DNA of 63,837 nucleotides, the filler included, from Choristocarpus tenellus KU-1152 (lineage: Eukaryota > Protista > Phaeophyceae): assembly GCA_964200185.2 (NCBI GenBank). It is 11 parts of 11 records of this genome, joined end to end, with 100 filler letters (N's around TTAATTAATTAA, not from the genome) between each part and the next. Parts side by side here need not be neighbours in the genome. Positions count along the whole stretch, not along the records: positions 35,405 to 40,646 come from CAXNAD020011378.1; positions 40,747 to 46,720 come from CAXNAD020009274.1; positions 46,821 to 54,556 come from CAXNAD020005661.1; 8 more parts are not named here. One strand, written 5' to 3'. A model generated the notes under the pieces. That model did no database searches. It was not told the DNA's origin and saw only the letters and a program-made list of their open reading frames with translations. Shown here one piece after another: positions 40,299-53,400 of the stretch (its first letter is position 1; every line of letters begins with the position of its first letter). The position numbers and the translations under genes were made by a program.

Positions 40299-40746
40299 GT
40301 GATAGTCTGGCGAAGCATTTGTGGAAAGAACGACCCTTTGTCCAGCTCAAAATTGAAGGAAGTTCCTGGATTGATTGTGACACATTTCACTTGTTATGCT
40401 TGGTGCGGTAAATTATCTTATTTATTCGACAATGACTAACACAAGTGCAAATTATTTATCAAAAACACACAGTCAACTGATCTGTTGGGTCTGGACACAG
40501 CAGCTCTGATCCATTTCCACGTTGGTCTTTATCCTTTTTCTTGTTCCTTGTCTTCTGACGTCTTTGAAAAAAAAAAGTAAAAAGGAGATACTTTGCAACC
40601 TGCTCAAAACCCGGAAGACTTATTAATTTTTTGTTCGGTGGGGGGGNNNNNNNNNNNNNNNNNNNNNNNNNNNNNNNNNNNNNNNNNNNNTTAATTAATT
40701 AANNNNNNNNNNNNNNNNNNNNNNNNNNNNNNNNNNNNNNNNNNNN

Positions 40747-41120
40747 CGACCCCTCCACCACTGGCTTCCAGTCACACACCCCCATGTGTTGACCAACCAA
40801 TGCGAACCCCATTCACCGTTGATTTCCAGCCACTGCCCACCTCTGGTGACCAACCAGTGCAAACTCCTTCGCCGCTGGTTTCCAGTCACGCCTTACATCC
40901 GATGAGCAACCAGTGCAACCCCTTCGCCACTGATTTCCAGTCACCCTCCCCATGTGATGACCAACCAATACGAACCCCATTCAGAATTGATTTCCAGCCA
41001 CCGCCCACCTCTGGTGACCAACCAGTGTGAACTCCCTTCAACGCTGGTTTACAGTCACCCCCCACATCCGATGACCAACCAGTGCGACCCCTTCGCCTCT
41101 GATTTCCAGTCACCACCCGA
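40747..41120 (+). repeat. Tandem array of ~55-57-bp units with higher-order (ABC)2A organisation
   Basis: About 6.5 units, each with ...TTCCAGYCAC...GACCAACCARTG. Units 1/4/7, 2/5 and 3/6 resemble each other most. Confidence 0.85.
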
Positions 41121-41987
41121 TCCTTCAACCCCACTCAACCCCACTCAACCCCACAGTACTTACCACCCCCCCCCACAAGACTTTCCCTCACTACTTACTG
41201 CTTCCCAACCCCATTCAACACCACTCAAGTCCCCAACACTTTCCTCCACTTTCCACTCCCCTACACCACTCGGCACCACTCACTCCACAATCATCCAAGA
41301 ATACCCCATCATCATCCACTTCATACTGTGCCTTGAACTAGAAGACATCTACCCCGCCCGAACTTGAACCCCCCCCCTCTTTACCCAGTATCCCAACTGG
41401 TCGTGAGCAAGCGAAAGGCTGGCTGGGTGGGAGAGATTGCTCAGAAGTTGTCTTGTTCTATCTAGCCTTCCCCGTCCTGTAGCTCCAGCCTTAGGTCTTC
41501 AAGTTCTGACCATTCCCCCTTACTTACCTTATTATGCTTCCATCTACCACTCATTTCTTTAACTTTTCGCTCACCCTTGACATATTTTTGTTCTTCCTTC
41601 CTCACCCCTCCCTTCCTTCTAACTCAATCCTACCAGAATTCTCCCGCCCACAAAACTCAGATTACTTCTTAAACTTTCTATCTTTTTTGGTACTTGGAGT
41701 ATCAATTTCTTTCTTGGAAGTTTGGTATGAATAACTTAGAAACCGTTAGCAGTATTTTTCAATTAATATTGACACGTGAATAGCTTTCGTTGATTTTTTC
41801 CTTTGACATATCTTCAAAATGTGGAAGGGTAATATAATAATATAATAATGACGGTAGTAAGATTCGTAATTATAGTATTCGCCTTCAATTTTTTACAACT
41901 AGACAATCGAAATCCCCGTCACATCTCATATTCTATGAAGTTGGTTTGACCATAATATAGAGGTGTGAATGAACAGGTCAATGAAAT

Positions 41988-44900
41988 ATGACAACAGAGG
42001 GGGATGCCAAGTCAATACTGTACAAAGACCATTGTTCTCCCCGGTTGGTCGAATTGAAAGTAGACAGAGACGAGAGCAAGGTGAAATGGGATGGAAAGTC
42101 CAATGATCGACAACAAGAGCCTTCGCCAATACCTCCAAAGGTGTCCAATGAGATTTCTGTCCTATATCAAGTGGCATGGGTGATAGTAGCGGGAGCATTG
42201 CTGGGATCGTTGCTCTCGGTTCTGTACTATTGGATCGAGGGGCCACCATTAGGGTGGCACCCGAGGTCTGGAGATCCGCCATGGAACGAGGAGGCTGTGG
42301 GACAAGTTGATGGCAGAAGACAGCTTATAAGAGCTGGAGCACAAGGTACGTGTGGGTGCTGGAGCGCGAACGATGTGTGTGGGTATGACATCAGCATCAT
42401 ACAATCCTGTGCCCTTCGTCGTAGTGGCTGGGAATGTAGAAGATGGTAGGTAAAGGGGGTGCCTACACATCTTGCCTTTGCACCCCCAGTTTTGTCGAGA
42501 GAACAAGGGTTCAAGCTCGACAATTGTATTGCCGTAATATCTTTATACTAATCCATTTCTGCCTGAGATGTATAATGGCATATTGGAAACTGGATTATGG
42601 CTATGTAAGGTGAAGATCAAATCTCTGCAACAAATTGTTCCCATCCCGAGACAACCGTAGCGATGCTTGACACTGGCTAAGCATATGTTCATCACCTATC
42701 ACGTCAACGACGCCCCCCTTCACTGAAAGAGGCGCTAGCTTAAGGGATGATGGCGTGCCTTGCACCTTCGAGTTTGTTAGGTAGCTGCTGTGTTATTCAG
42801 TCGTTTCCACGTCCCCAGCATTTTCCTGACTCTAATTACCTTTTCCTTCCAACACCGCTCCACAGTCGAGGATGCTTTTGTATTACGAGATGGGTTATTT
42901 GTAAGTCGCCAAGATGACTGGCCGGCTCCACTTCCGGAGGATACTCGCCCCTATTACGACTTCCTCTTGATAGTCTTTTCGGGAGATGACAGGGAGGCCT
43001 TGGCAAAGAGGGACTACATGCGGGAGGTGCGATGTGGGTAGGGAGATATGTGGACCTCAAGGACCCAAGTTGAGAGTGGTACAAAACTAGGTCAGGTCTT
43101 CTATTGGGAAATAGACCATAGTTGCATGAGATATCGTCATCGCGGAAGTGCTTACCCCCACTTCTTCTCCACATTATACCCGGTTTGTAGTTGCTGGCAT
43201 GGTGTAGATAACCCAAACTTGATCTTGTCGTTGGATGCTTCTAGACACTGCCATCATGCATATGATTAGTGTTTGGTGCCGATACCATCGTATCATGTTG
43301 AGAAGCACCTAGTTCCGTTTGGTGAAGCGACATCCCAAGAATGAACACCACGGCCATCATTTTTAGCCTGGAAATGCGCACCGCAACACCTTTGTATCAG
43401 GTTGCCCAATTTGTGAGAAACTGATACACCTTAGTTGAACGCAATGACTTGGCAATGAGAGGAGCTCCTGGGCAACCCGAAACCTTGCAGCTGAGCACGT
43501 GACACCAACTAACTATTGAGGCTATTTTGAGGTTTCCTTGGTCTACTTCTACTCTAACACCCACTAGGGATGCGAATAGGGTTGTTTTTGCTCAGCAGTG
43601 TGGTAAGACTTCAAGCAGAACCTATGATGGTGTAGTGGACTAGTTTACACAGTCAGTGGTAAACCCCATAACTTTGTGCTGACCTGTCAACCCCTGAGCA
43701 CTTCATCGATTTCTAAAAATAATAAGAAACTTGATTTATTACCAAAGAAGTTTTGTAGGTAGTTAAAAAACCCTTCAACCCAGTGGTCGATTTTGCCTGA
43801 GTTGATGGTTTCACCTGTCTTTTTTGAGGATGGTGCTGAGATTTTCTGGGCTCCATGACACTGTTGTTATTATCTGCCCACCTGATTTCTATGCTGTTGA
43901 GAAGCAATTTAAAGCTGATACCTTCAAAGAGGGGTGTGCGTCCACTCCTTCAGGGGGACTTTGATTAGCAGAAGGGGGTTGGTGGTTTCTTATCCAAAAA
44001 ATAATTGCTGTAATTGTATGACTTTTGTCAGTTCTCACCCTCCCCAATTCCATTTTATTATTCACCGAGCTGTAACTGCTATGCCATAAATGGATTGGAT
44101 CAAGACAAGAGGCAATCATTCTCGGCCATTATCAAAGAAGACGCTCTCTCTCCCCCCGACCACCCCCCCCCCCCCCCCCCCCCCGCTCCCCCTACACCGC
44201 CGCCACCCCCCCTGACATTCCCGGCCATTATCAAAGAAGCCGCCCTCTCCCCCCCCCCCCCCCCCTCCTGCCTGAGGACTCCTTAACGTTCATTAACCTG
44301 CCAACTGCCGCATTTGACAGATGTATGCAACATACAATGGGGAGATCGTCATTGCAGATGAACTGGGGCGTCACTTTTCTTACTCCATGAAGGTAGATCA
44401 CCCACTCTTGCTGTTGTTGGCAATATGATTGCCAAAGGTCTGATTTGCAGCCAATTGTCGAAGGCGCATGTGATTTTTTCCACGTGCTAATGAAGGATAC
44501 TGATCCGTAATGAATTGATTTTTTTTTGTGACCCCTATCATAGTGCAAACCCTACCTACCCCCTCCCCATTTTAAACTATTGAAAAAGTGTATCACCGGA
44601 AATAATAAAAAACAACAAAATGTTGGCGTGTAAGATATACTTCAAGGTGTGTTATGTAGTTATTTGGATCTCACAACCTACCAACCCATTTGCGATTTTA
44701 TTATTGTTATTATTGTTATTTTATTATTATCTTAGGAGCAATCTGTACTGATGGGGGATGTATGTTATAGCAGGTGTGAATGTAGAGTAAACTCCATAGC
44801 GATGAGCCAGTGACTAACTAGTATATCATTATAATTCAACATATGTGGAGTTGACAAATGTGTTGAGCCGAGAACATTTTAGGCTTTTTCTGGTGGATTA

Positions 44901-45197
44901 TACTATGCTTTATCTTCTGTGATACTGCTAATTATATGTATCATATTTGCTTTATTGCTTAATGGCACTCTTTGTTCATGCTTCTCTGGAGCACAGTAGA
45001 TATGTGCGCCTTCCTGCATTGTTACATGTATCTCACCGCCTACTCAACTATTGGCAACTCCACCCCCACCCCTCACCTCTGCCTCTCTGTTGCAATGGCG
45101 ATGATTATCACTGTGACAACCACAGGTGCTTTACGTAGTGGGCAATATGGGGGCATCGGAAGATGGGGATCTCATGCAGGATATTCTTTACGTGAAG
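41988..45197 (+). CDS. Type II membrane glycosyltransferase, GT31 (beta-1,3-galactosyltransferase)-like, 5' part
   Basis: Exons 41988-42345 (Met, N-tail, TM VAWVIVAGALLGSLLSVLYYW); 42866-43026 ...YYDFLLIVFSGDDREALAKRDYMRE; 44321-44392 MYATYNGE...YSMK; 45126-45197 VLYVVGNMGASEDGDLMQDILYVK. The LLI..S......R..MR and YVVG....DIL patterns fit GT31. Confidence 0.7.
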
Positions 45198-46662
45198 GTG
45201 GGTTCTTCGCAGGCTAAAGTAGAGGATCTTATCTTGGTTTTGAGCTGTTTACAGAAGGTCTAACCCGAACCCTAACCTGTTGGGATTCTCTTCGGACTGT
45301 CAAGAATTGGACTCAATTCCCTCTCAAGACTATATAGAGGCAGTTAGTGGTATTTGAATGCTGCCATTTGTGTGCTTGTGAAGAAAAAAAAAGGTCTTAT
45401 CTGTGCGAAGGGACGAGAAAATCGGGGCTTTAACACTGGGTTCGGGAAATGTGAAGGGGCCTGGTCCGCGGACGGGTCCCCAGTGTGATGTTTTCTGACA
45501 CGGCTGACCCGCAGTACAAGAGGCTCGATGAAAATTCATGCTTAGATCTCGATGGGATATTTGTGCAGAGTGATGAATTGCACAAAGTTTACTACTTTGT
45601 CGAGATGTATCGTTTGGATTGAACAGAATCTCAGTGCATGATCTCAACCAAAAAATCTGCACCCAAGGCAAGGATGCATCCACTTCAAGGGTGAGTTTGT
45701 GCCATACTTCGAGGGCCTAGCTTTCTTTTACTGTGGGGACAGTGTCATTGTTGTGTCTCTCTTTTTCTTGTATGTTTAGAATCTAAAAAAACATTTTTCA
45801 TTGTGACACGCACGGTGTGTTTGATATCATACGATTTTTGAAATGTAGAACAAGAGGGGATGTTGCATGTTGGACTTTAAAAAAAAAAAAAAAATCTGAT
45901 CTGTTGGACTTTCGTGGGTTATGACATCAATTCATGTAAAGGTTTTTGTTACGTGCCAGAGGGTGGAGCTAGGGTGTTGAGGTGTGTGATTTTGTGGGGT
46001 AATTCCGACGAGGGAATATCGCTGAGGCTGATGGAGTCTAATCCCAGTCAGAGCACCTTCCTGACTTCATACATTGCAGGAAGGCAAGCATGGAATGTGA
46101 AGGGGGGGTCCGGGTTACGCTCTGGATGGGAAACACGGTGATTGAGATGAACTGATGGGGATGGTTGGGAAGGTTCCCAGTCTCTGATTGTATCACATTG
46201 AGATTCCACTGTCTGGCTTGGTTGGGAACTGTGGTGTTACGTGTTTCAATTCTCGGCCCCCGGTGTGGTGCACATTTTCAGTTTACCAAGGGCGAGCAGT
46301 ATTTGATTATACAATTGTAGCATATAGAGTGCATACATAGGTGTAATTCAAGGTGGTTGTATGGTGTTTGTTTTTGAAGTGTTTTGGAGTGGAGTGGATG
46401 AGAGGTCAAGTGCAGAGCATGGTGTGGGTTATTTTCTATTATTAGTAATGTTATTATTATTATTTTCACACTTTTGTTGGTTGCTGATGTAGCCAGACCT
46501 CACTGTTGGTGGAAACAGAATATAACCGAGTCTATTTTGTTCTTTCCATTGGTGAAAGACAGTGAGACAAAAATAGGAGTAAAAAATAAAGTATGAAAAA
46601 AAATACAAGAACAAAAAAATATTTTGAACACCTATATGCAAGAACAAGCGCGTGGAGCACCT

Positions 46663-46720
46663 GAACCAAAGTATCTTAGAGGGTAGAGCCGCGTCCATTT
46701 GGGGGTCAAAATACAATGTT
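46663..46720 (+). mobile_element. MITE family A left end at contig end
   Basis: GAACCAAAGTATCTTAGAGGGTAGAGCCGCGTCCATTTGGGGGTCAAAAT. Confidence 0.85.
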
Positions 46721-47492
46721 NNNNNNNNNNNNNNNNNNNNNNNNNNNNNNNNNNNNNNNNNNNNTTAATTAATTAANNNNNNNNNNNNNNNNNNNNNNNN
46801 NNNNNNNNNNNNNNNNNNNNGTTCAGGGGGGATGTGGTATGGTGATGTTGCTTTGGGGTTTTTATATCTCTTTGGCATGTGTTATGGTGTCAGAGGTGTG
46901 GAGAAGAGAAGTGGAGAAGAAAAGCGGGTTATGGAAGGAGTTGAAAGTGGTGTGTATGCTGCTGGTGGAGGTAGAGATTGGTGTATCTCTTGCTCAATGT
47001 GTGGTGTTGCTGTGTGTTTGATAGCACTTGGGTGGCGTGTTAGATGTGGAGGTAATAGTGGCTACAGGATAGATGGAACGGATCAGAATTTTTTGAGAAC
47101 TACCTTCTTTTTTCTGTTGTTTTTGGTGTGTGGTACTCTGCTCTTGGTTATTGGTTGTTCAGTTTTTGAGGGAAGGGAGAGGAAAAGGGTCAGGAGTGAT
47201 AGGTCCAAAATAGACTTTTTTTAAGAGACCCGATGAAAGAGTATGTCAGGACAATGTTATATCTTTTTGTGGGAATGGGGATACCGTTGTTCTGAAGGGC
47301 AAGGTAGGTGGACAATTTTTTGTTGTTGAATGAGACAATTTGTAGAGTCCTTTCTGAGTAAAAAGAATATTTTTCTTTTTTTTTGCGATAAAAAAATTAG
47401 CATTAACGTGCATGCAGACCCGTAGAACATTTCTATATTTTTCTGTTAATCTTACGCTTAGGTAATTTTTTTCTGTTGTGTGGAATGGACAG

Positions 47493-50400
47493 ATCTACAT
47501 TGGTGTAGAGAATGGCCCTCAGACCAAACGTGGCAAACCTCAGACTCTCTTCTTCAGGGCCATCTCACACCGACCTGAGACATACACCATGGAAGGCGCC
47601 AACAAGGTGAGGAGCATATTGTTTGAGGAGAATAACCACCTGTCTTGGAATTATCTTTTTTTTATAGGTTAGCACGTTATTTGGCATTATTCATTTCCTT
47701 GTTACGGCGTTTTGTTGGGAATGTGTTCTTGGTTCTTGGTTCTTGGTTCTTTTCTTTTTCTTAGGTTTGTGATGAACTGTGCTGGTTAGTGAGTAATTTG
47801 CGTGAGCTAGTAGAGTGATTTTAGTGTTTAGAGTGATTTTAGTGTTCATATATTTTTTGACTACATGTTACATCCCTTTCATCAATACCTTAGGTTGATA
47901 CTTGTGTAGTTTTCATCGTGCTGATAATTGAAGGCTTTACTATAACCGAAATAGATCTCTGCCCTTCCTATCCCCTCCCCTCCCCTCCCCTCCCTCACCC
48001 CACCCCCCTTCCTCCTCTCCCTCCCCTTCTCATTCCTGGAACATATTGAATCCTTGTGTATGTCTAAATTGGTGTGCGTGTGAATGTTATGAATCCTTGT
48101 GTATGTCTAAATTGGTGTGTGTGTGAATGTTATGAATCCTTGTGTATGTCTAAATTGGTGTGTGTGTGTGAATGTTATGAATCCTTGTGCAGGCGTTGCT
48201 CCTTGCACTGGATGAGCTGGAGCGTGCCATGCTCGACCCTCGTGTGAGTCCCACGTCCTCATCGCGCATATTCCTACATATGATGCCAGAGCTTGAAATG
48301 GACCCCAATGAGGTGGTGGAGATATGGAAGGAGGTGAGGCCTTTAATGAAGGAAACACCGATCTGGGTTTAGGAGCTTCGCTCTATGTAACAGGCCTGTG
48401 TGTGTGTGTGCCAATGCCATGCACTGTCTGGGGATGCGAGGGAGGTGGGACCAACACTCTTGCGTCTTTCAGAATTTGAGGGTTAGGGTTAGAGCTGGGA
48501 AGGTGGGGGAGGGTTGAAGGAGGTCTGCCGAGTGGTGGAAACTAGTTTGAGATAAGAAATATAATAATAATAATAATAATACTTTATTTTTCAAAGATAA
48601 TAGTATAAATAAATAGTAAAAATACCCCTTCAAGCGAAAAATAAGTACTAGGTTCACATTTAGGTTAAAAATAAATAAATATATATATATATATATATAT
48701 ATATCTCGAAGAACAAGCGACTCCCAATGCTGAAAAAAAAGTATGTATTGCTTTTAATTACACTCCTATTTACCCCCCTCCCCCCCCCTCTTGGCCTATG
48801 CCATTTGCACTGAACTGTTGACTCTTGTGACTCTTTTGTTTGTTGTGGGTCGACTGTTGGTGTCCACTGTGGGTGTCCAAACTTATGCTGCAATCTCATT
48901 CTGAACAAAAAGGTGATGGATTCACTCATTTCGAGGCATGCCACCCGGATCATCAAGCTCCGTATCGATGAAATAGAGGTCAAGGCACGCATATCTACTA
49001 CCGTCAATGACAAAAAGCAGGTACAGTTATACCCTGAAGAGTCAGGTACAGCTTGTATTCATACTGTGTAAATTTAACATAAAATTGAATATTTTTATTA
49101 TAGCACTTGCTTGAACTTATGTAGTGCTGTTTTTTTTATATTTTGGCTCTGGGGCACCATGGAACGCTATGGTACAGAACGCTCAAACTGTTACATGCTT
49201 GGCTGCATTTTGTTGTGTTGAGATGGTATGTGGGTAGGGGATAAAACTTAGTAGTGTACATAGATCAACACATCACATGTGCTCCACCTAGTGCAGCATG
49301 TGCCTATCACTTACATCTACCATTGAGGGTGGCACGTCTCACCACCCTGGTGCCGCTGTTGTAAATGCTCTTACTGTTTTTATTTTGGGTGATTCAGATA
49401 ACCCCCCTTCGACTGATGGCTAGCTCCATGTCGGGAGAGTGGCTCAGAATGGACGGCTTCCAGGAGTACCCAGATCCTATCACAGGTGTCACCAAGCAGT
49501 TCTGCAAGCTGGGAACATTGGACAAGGGCGAGGACATGTGCCTGCTGAACCCCTACCCCACTAGTAACTCTGTACAGGTGACTCAATGAACAAGAAAAAG
49601 AAGAGGTTATTTCTTTCTGTTTTTTTTTTAATTTTGATGGTATTTGTGCCTTTCTCTTTTTTTTTGTTGTTTTTCGGGGGCTTAGAGTGAGCCTTGTGTA
49701 CGTACTGCTTGATGTAAGTGTGGTGATGCTTGGTTGAAACTGTTTTTTCATTTTTGTAACGAACAGGCAGCTGTTTTTATTTTTTATTGTAGTTAAGTGT
49801 TGAGTTGTTTTAGACGTCGTGGAGTTTTCGTTTTGTGTGCAATTGTAAAAATAAATATTGTAAATATAAATATTGTAAATATAAATATTGTAAATATAAA
49901 TATTGTAAATATAAATATTCGTGTGGTGTATTTTTTCTTTTTTGTTTTGGCGAAGTGTACTTCATGTTTAATAATCCTAACCCTATCCCAAACTGTTTGT
50001 CGAGGTACCCTTAACACTAACCCGTGTCATGCATCGCAGCGGAAATGACCCTTGATGCTTAAACTATTCTTGATCTATAAATTTCTGTTCAAAGGTGATG
50101 GGGGGCAGGGGGGATGTGAGCAACTGCAGGAAACTTATTGTTGTTGTTGTTGTTGTTGACCTCACCTAACGATGTTCATACATACTAATTCGTATGTGTA
50201 CAATCTACTGTATTAATAGACTTTGTTCCCTTCTATGCATTGCACTTTCTCCTATGTCCATATTTACTGTTCTATTTCTTTTTTTCCTTTCTGATCTGTG
50301 TCCAGATCCGTCGTGCCGCTGCCCGTCGTATTGGTTCTACCTACGCACCCGACTTCCTTGGTCTGATGGAAGTTTCTCTGGCGAGTCAACGTGGGGAATG

Positions 50401-53400
50401 TGCTTTGGTTGTTGCTGTAGAGCTAGGTGGTAGTTGTCAGAATGTACTTGATTGTTTTGTGCTTGATGAGTAGTTTGGTGATTTCATCCTGATTGAAGGA
50501 GGGTCAAAAAAGAGAGTGGGTTGTGTTGGGATGTGAAAGACACACTTGTTAGAGTTGAGACGTGACTCGATAGGATAGGATAGGATATGATATGATATGA
50601 TTTGATACGATTTGATACGATTTTTTCTTTTTGTTTTGCGGCTAGCTGGTGTTTGCTGTTGTGAACTTGGGGTAGGAGTGTAATCCTCAGGATGAATGAT
50701 ATCTGTGCTTGTTCTAATGTTCTGTGTTGTATGTTTTGCTTGTTCTAATGTTGTGTTTAAAGATCCGCATGTGGGATGCTTTCCTTTCTGAGCTGAAGAT
50801 GGCATCAGGGAAACCTCAGTACGAATCCATCCCCAGCCAGGTATGAACTGCACTATTGGTCTACTATTGGTGTAGGGTTAGGGTTAAACTTGGTTTTGAA
50901 TTTTTTTCGGTTTAACTTTTTTTTTGACACTTTAAAATGGTTCTTGTCGTGTACTGTAATTGTTGTTCTGGAGGTATGGTGTTATGGTAGACAACGAACT
51001 TTCATTGATTTGATGGTGTTACCAGTGTCTATTTCTCCTATTTCTCCTTTTATGCTATGAACATCACATCCTCTGGGTTTAACCCCTGTTCTAGTATATT
51101 ATTAGATTGAATTTCATATTGTTGGCAAAGCGTTTCTTTATGGGAAATTCGTAGTAAATTGGATAGACACTTTAGAACTGGTACAGTGGAGTTGGACATG
51201 AAGTGTTGCTAGTTCTGCAGCTAGGGGCATCGGGCTCTTCTCGATTAAGTGTCAGAACTGCCGCCTAAGAATATATCGGGAACACTTCTTTTAGGGGGGG
51301 GGGGATTGGTAAGTATTTTTCAGGCATATGTCAGTGTTTTTTGTGTTTGTGTAGGTACTCCTTCGCTGGTCTATCATTTTTTTTATTTCAGGAGGTGATA
51401 CATGTTTGAAGCTTGAAAGTATTATTTTTTTAGTTTTTTTCTTAATCTATTGAGAATATTCATTTGTCGGTATGTTCTTGTTGGTGCAATGCGTGACATG
51501 TATGTTATATATGCAAATGTTATATATGCATGTTGCAGATATTCCAATCGGAGGAGCTTGTCATGCAGCCGAATGGTGAAATCGCTAAGGAGTTCCGCAT
51601 TGTGGGTACCAACAAGGTGAGTTTGGTCTGGGGTGGTGAACAAGGTGTTGGTAAGTAATGGCGAGGCGGTAGAATACATGAATTAGGGTTAGGGACATGG
51701 TGTTTTGTGCTTTGGTAACTGGAAATGATAGATTTGGTGGTTTTTTGAAGGAGGTGAAAAGTTACATCCAGTTGGTAAGTAAGTTGTGTTCGTTGTTGTT
51801 GTTGTGAAAGGTTTAGAAGTGGACTAGTACGTAGAATTTTTATGTACAGATTGGACTCTAGAGCACTCTATAGAGCCCTAGGGCATTTGCTGAAAAAATG
51901 TTAAAAATGAGTACGGTAAGTGTGTTAATTGATTGCTATACTTGAGGAGTTCGAGCCTTGAGGATCTGGATGAAGTTGCATTGATCTTGCCTGTAAGGTG
52001 TGAGTTCCTTTTTGTTGATAGTGTGTCTTACCTCGCTGCAAACGCCTTCCTGTGTAGTCTCACTTCTGACTACCGCCCAACACGCACCTGTTCTATTGAT
52101 TGATGTCGTGATGGGATGGTGTGTCAACAGATTGGTATGTTGGCCTGGCATGTCACAATGCGAACGCCTGAATACCCGGATGGGCGTGAAGTGGTGATCA
52201 TTGCCAATGACGTTACCTTTCAGTCGGGGTCCTTTGGTGTGAAGGAGGTGTGTATTATGTATGTATGTATATATGTATGCATATTTTATTGTGAACAAAA
52301 GTAGGGGGAAAGATTGTGTGTTGAGGAGGATGTGCTGTATAAATGTAGTCAGTCAGTTGGGGTGTGTTTGAAGCGTTTTTGGTTATGAGAAATGTGAGAG
52401 TGTGTTGATGTGGTACAAATTTTCACTCCAAGAGTTTATGAGGTGTTCTTGTGTATTTGCTGATGTAGGTGTTTTTTGCTAGGATATTTCTACAAGATAA
52501 TTTTATTCTTTTATAGTCATTTTGCCGATGTAAGATGTGATAACTGCACACAAACAGTAAATTAGGAATGTGCTAATAGTTTGTATGTGGAACATACAAT
52601 TTGTTGATGTTTCACTTTTTAGATGTTGGAAAAGTTAGGTCTTGATTGCGGATACAGGATTCTAGTAGTGGCTGGAAGGTGTTTTTCACTCCATTTGTTG
52701 AGACCTGATATGTTGTGGTTTGAAATTGAGATGACTCTCTTTGAGAGGGACCCAAGTCCTAAAAACTGTAACGATCTCTATGCCGTTTTTGTGTGTGTGT
52801 GTGTGTGTGTGTGTTTTATTTTATTTTATTTTTTATTATCCTGTAACATATGTGTCTTTTGTTGTGAAAAATGTGTGGATTCTTGACACCGAGATAAAAA
52901 CATTTCACAAACAAAAATACTTTTTTTTTGTTAGTGATGAGAACATTGGATTAGTTCTGTCCGCAACTGTTGTGTACAGACCACATTGTACGAGTGTATG
53001 TGACTGGAGTTACCCTATTGTATGTATTATTATTACCTCTTCACAGCAGCATCTGATGAAATACTTGTGCCAATGATTACTTATTCTCCTTTGACAGGAT
53101 GAGTTCTTCCTGGCGGCATCATCCTATGCACGTAACCAGGGTCTGCCTCGTGTGTACATCTCTTGTAACTCCGGTGCCCGTATTGGCCTTGTTGATGAGC
53201 TCAAGCCGAAGTTCAAGGTGAGGAGGATGACAAAAATGACACAAATGACACAAAATGGTTGTCTTGATTGACCCAACTCTAACACTGCCTTTAGTGTTTA
53301 ATGTGGTAGGTGTATTGGGGACTGCAGAGAGAGAGAGGGAGGGAGGGAGGGAGAGGGACAGGCCTGGTTTTTGGATGTGGTTTATTGTAGTGTTGATGAA

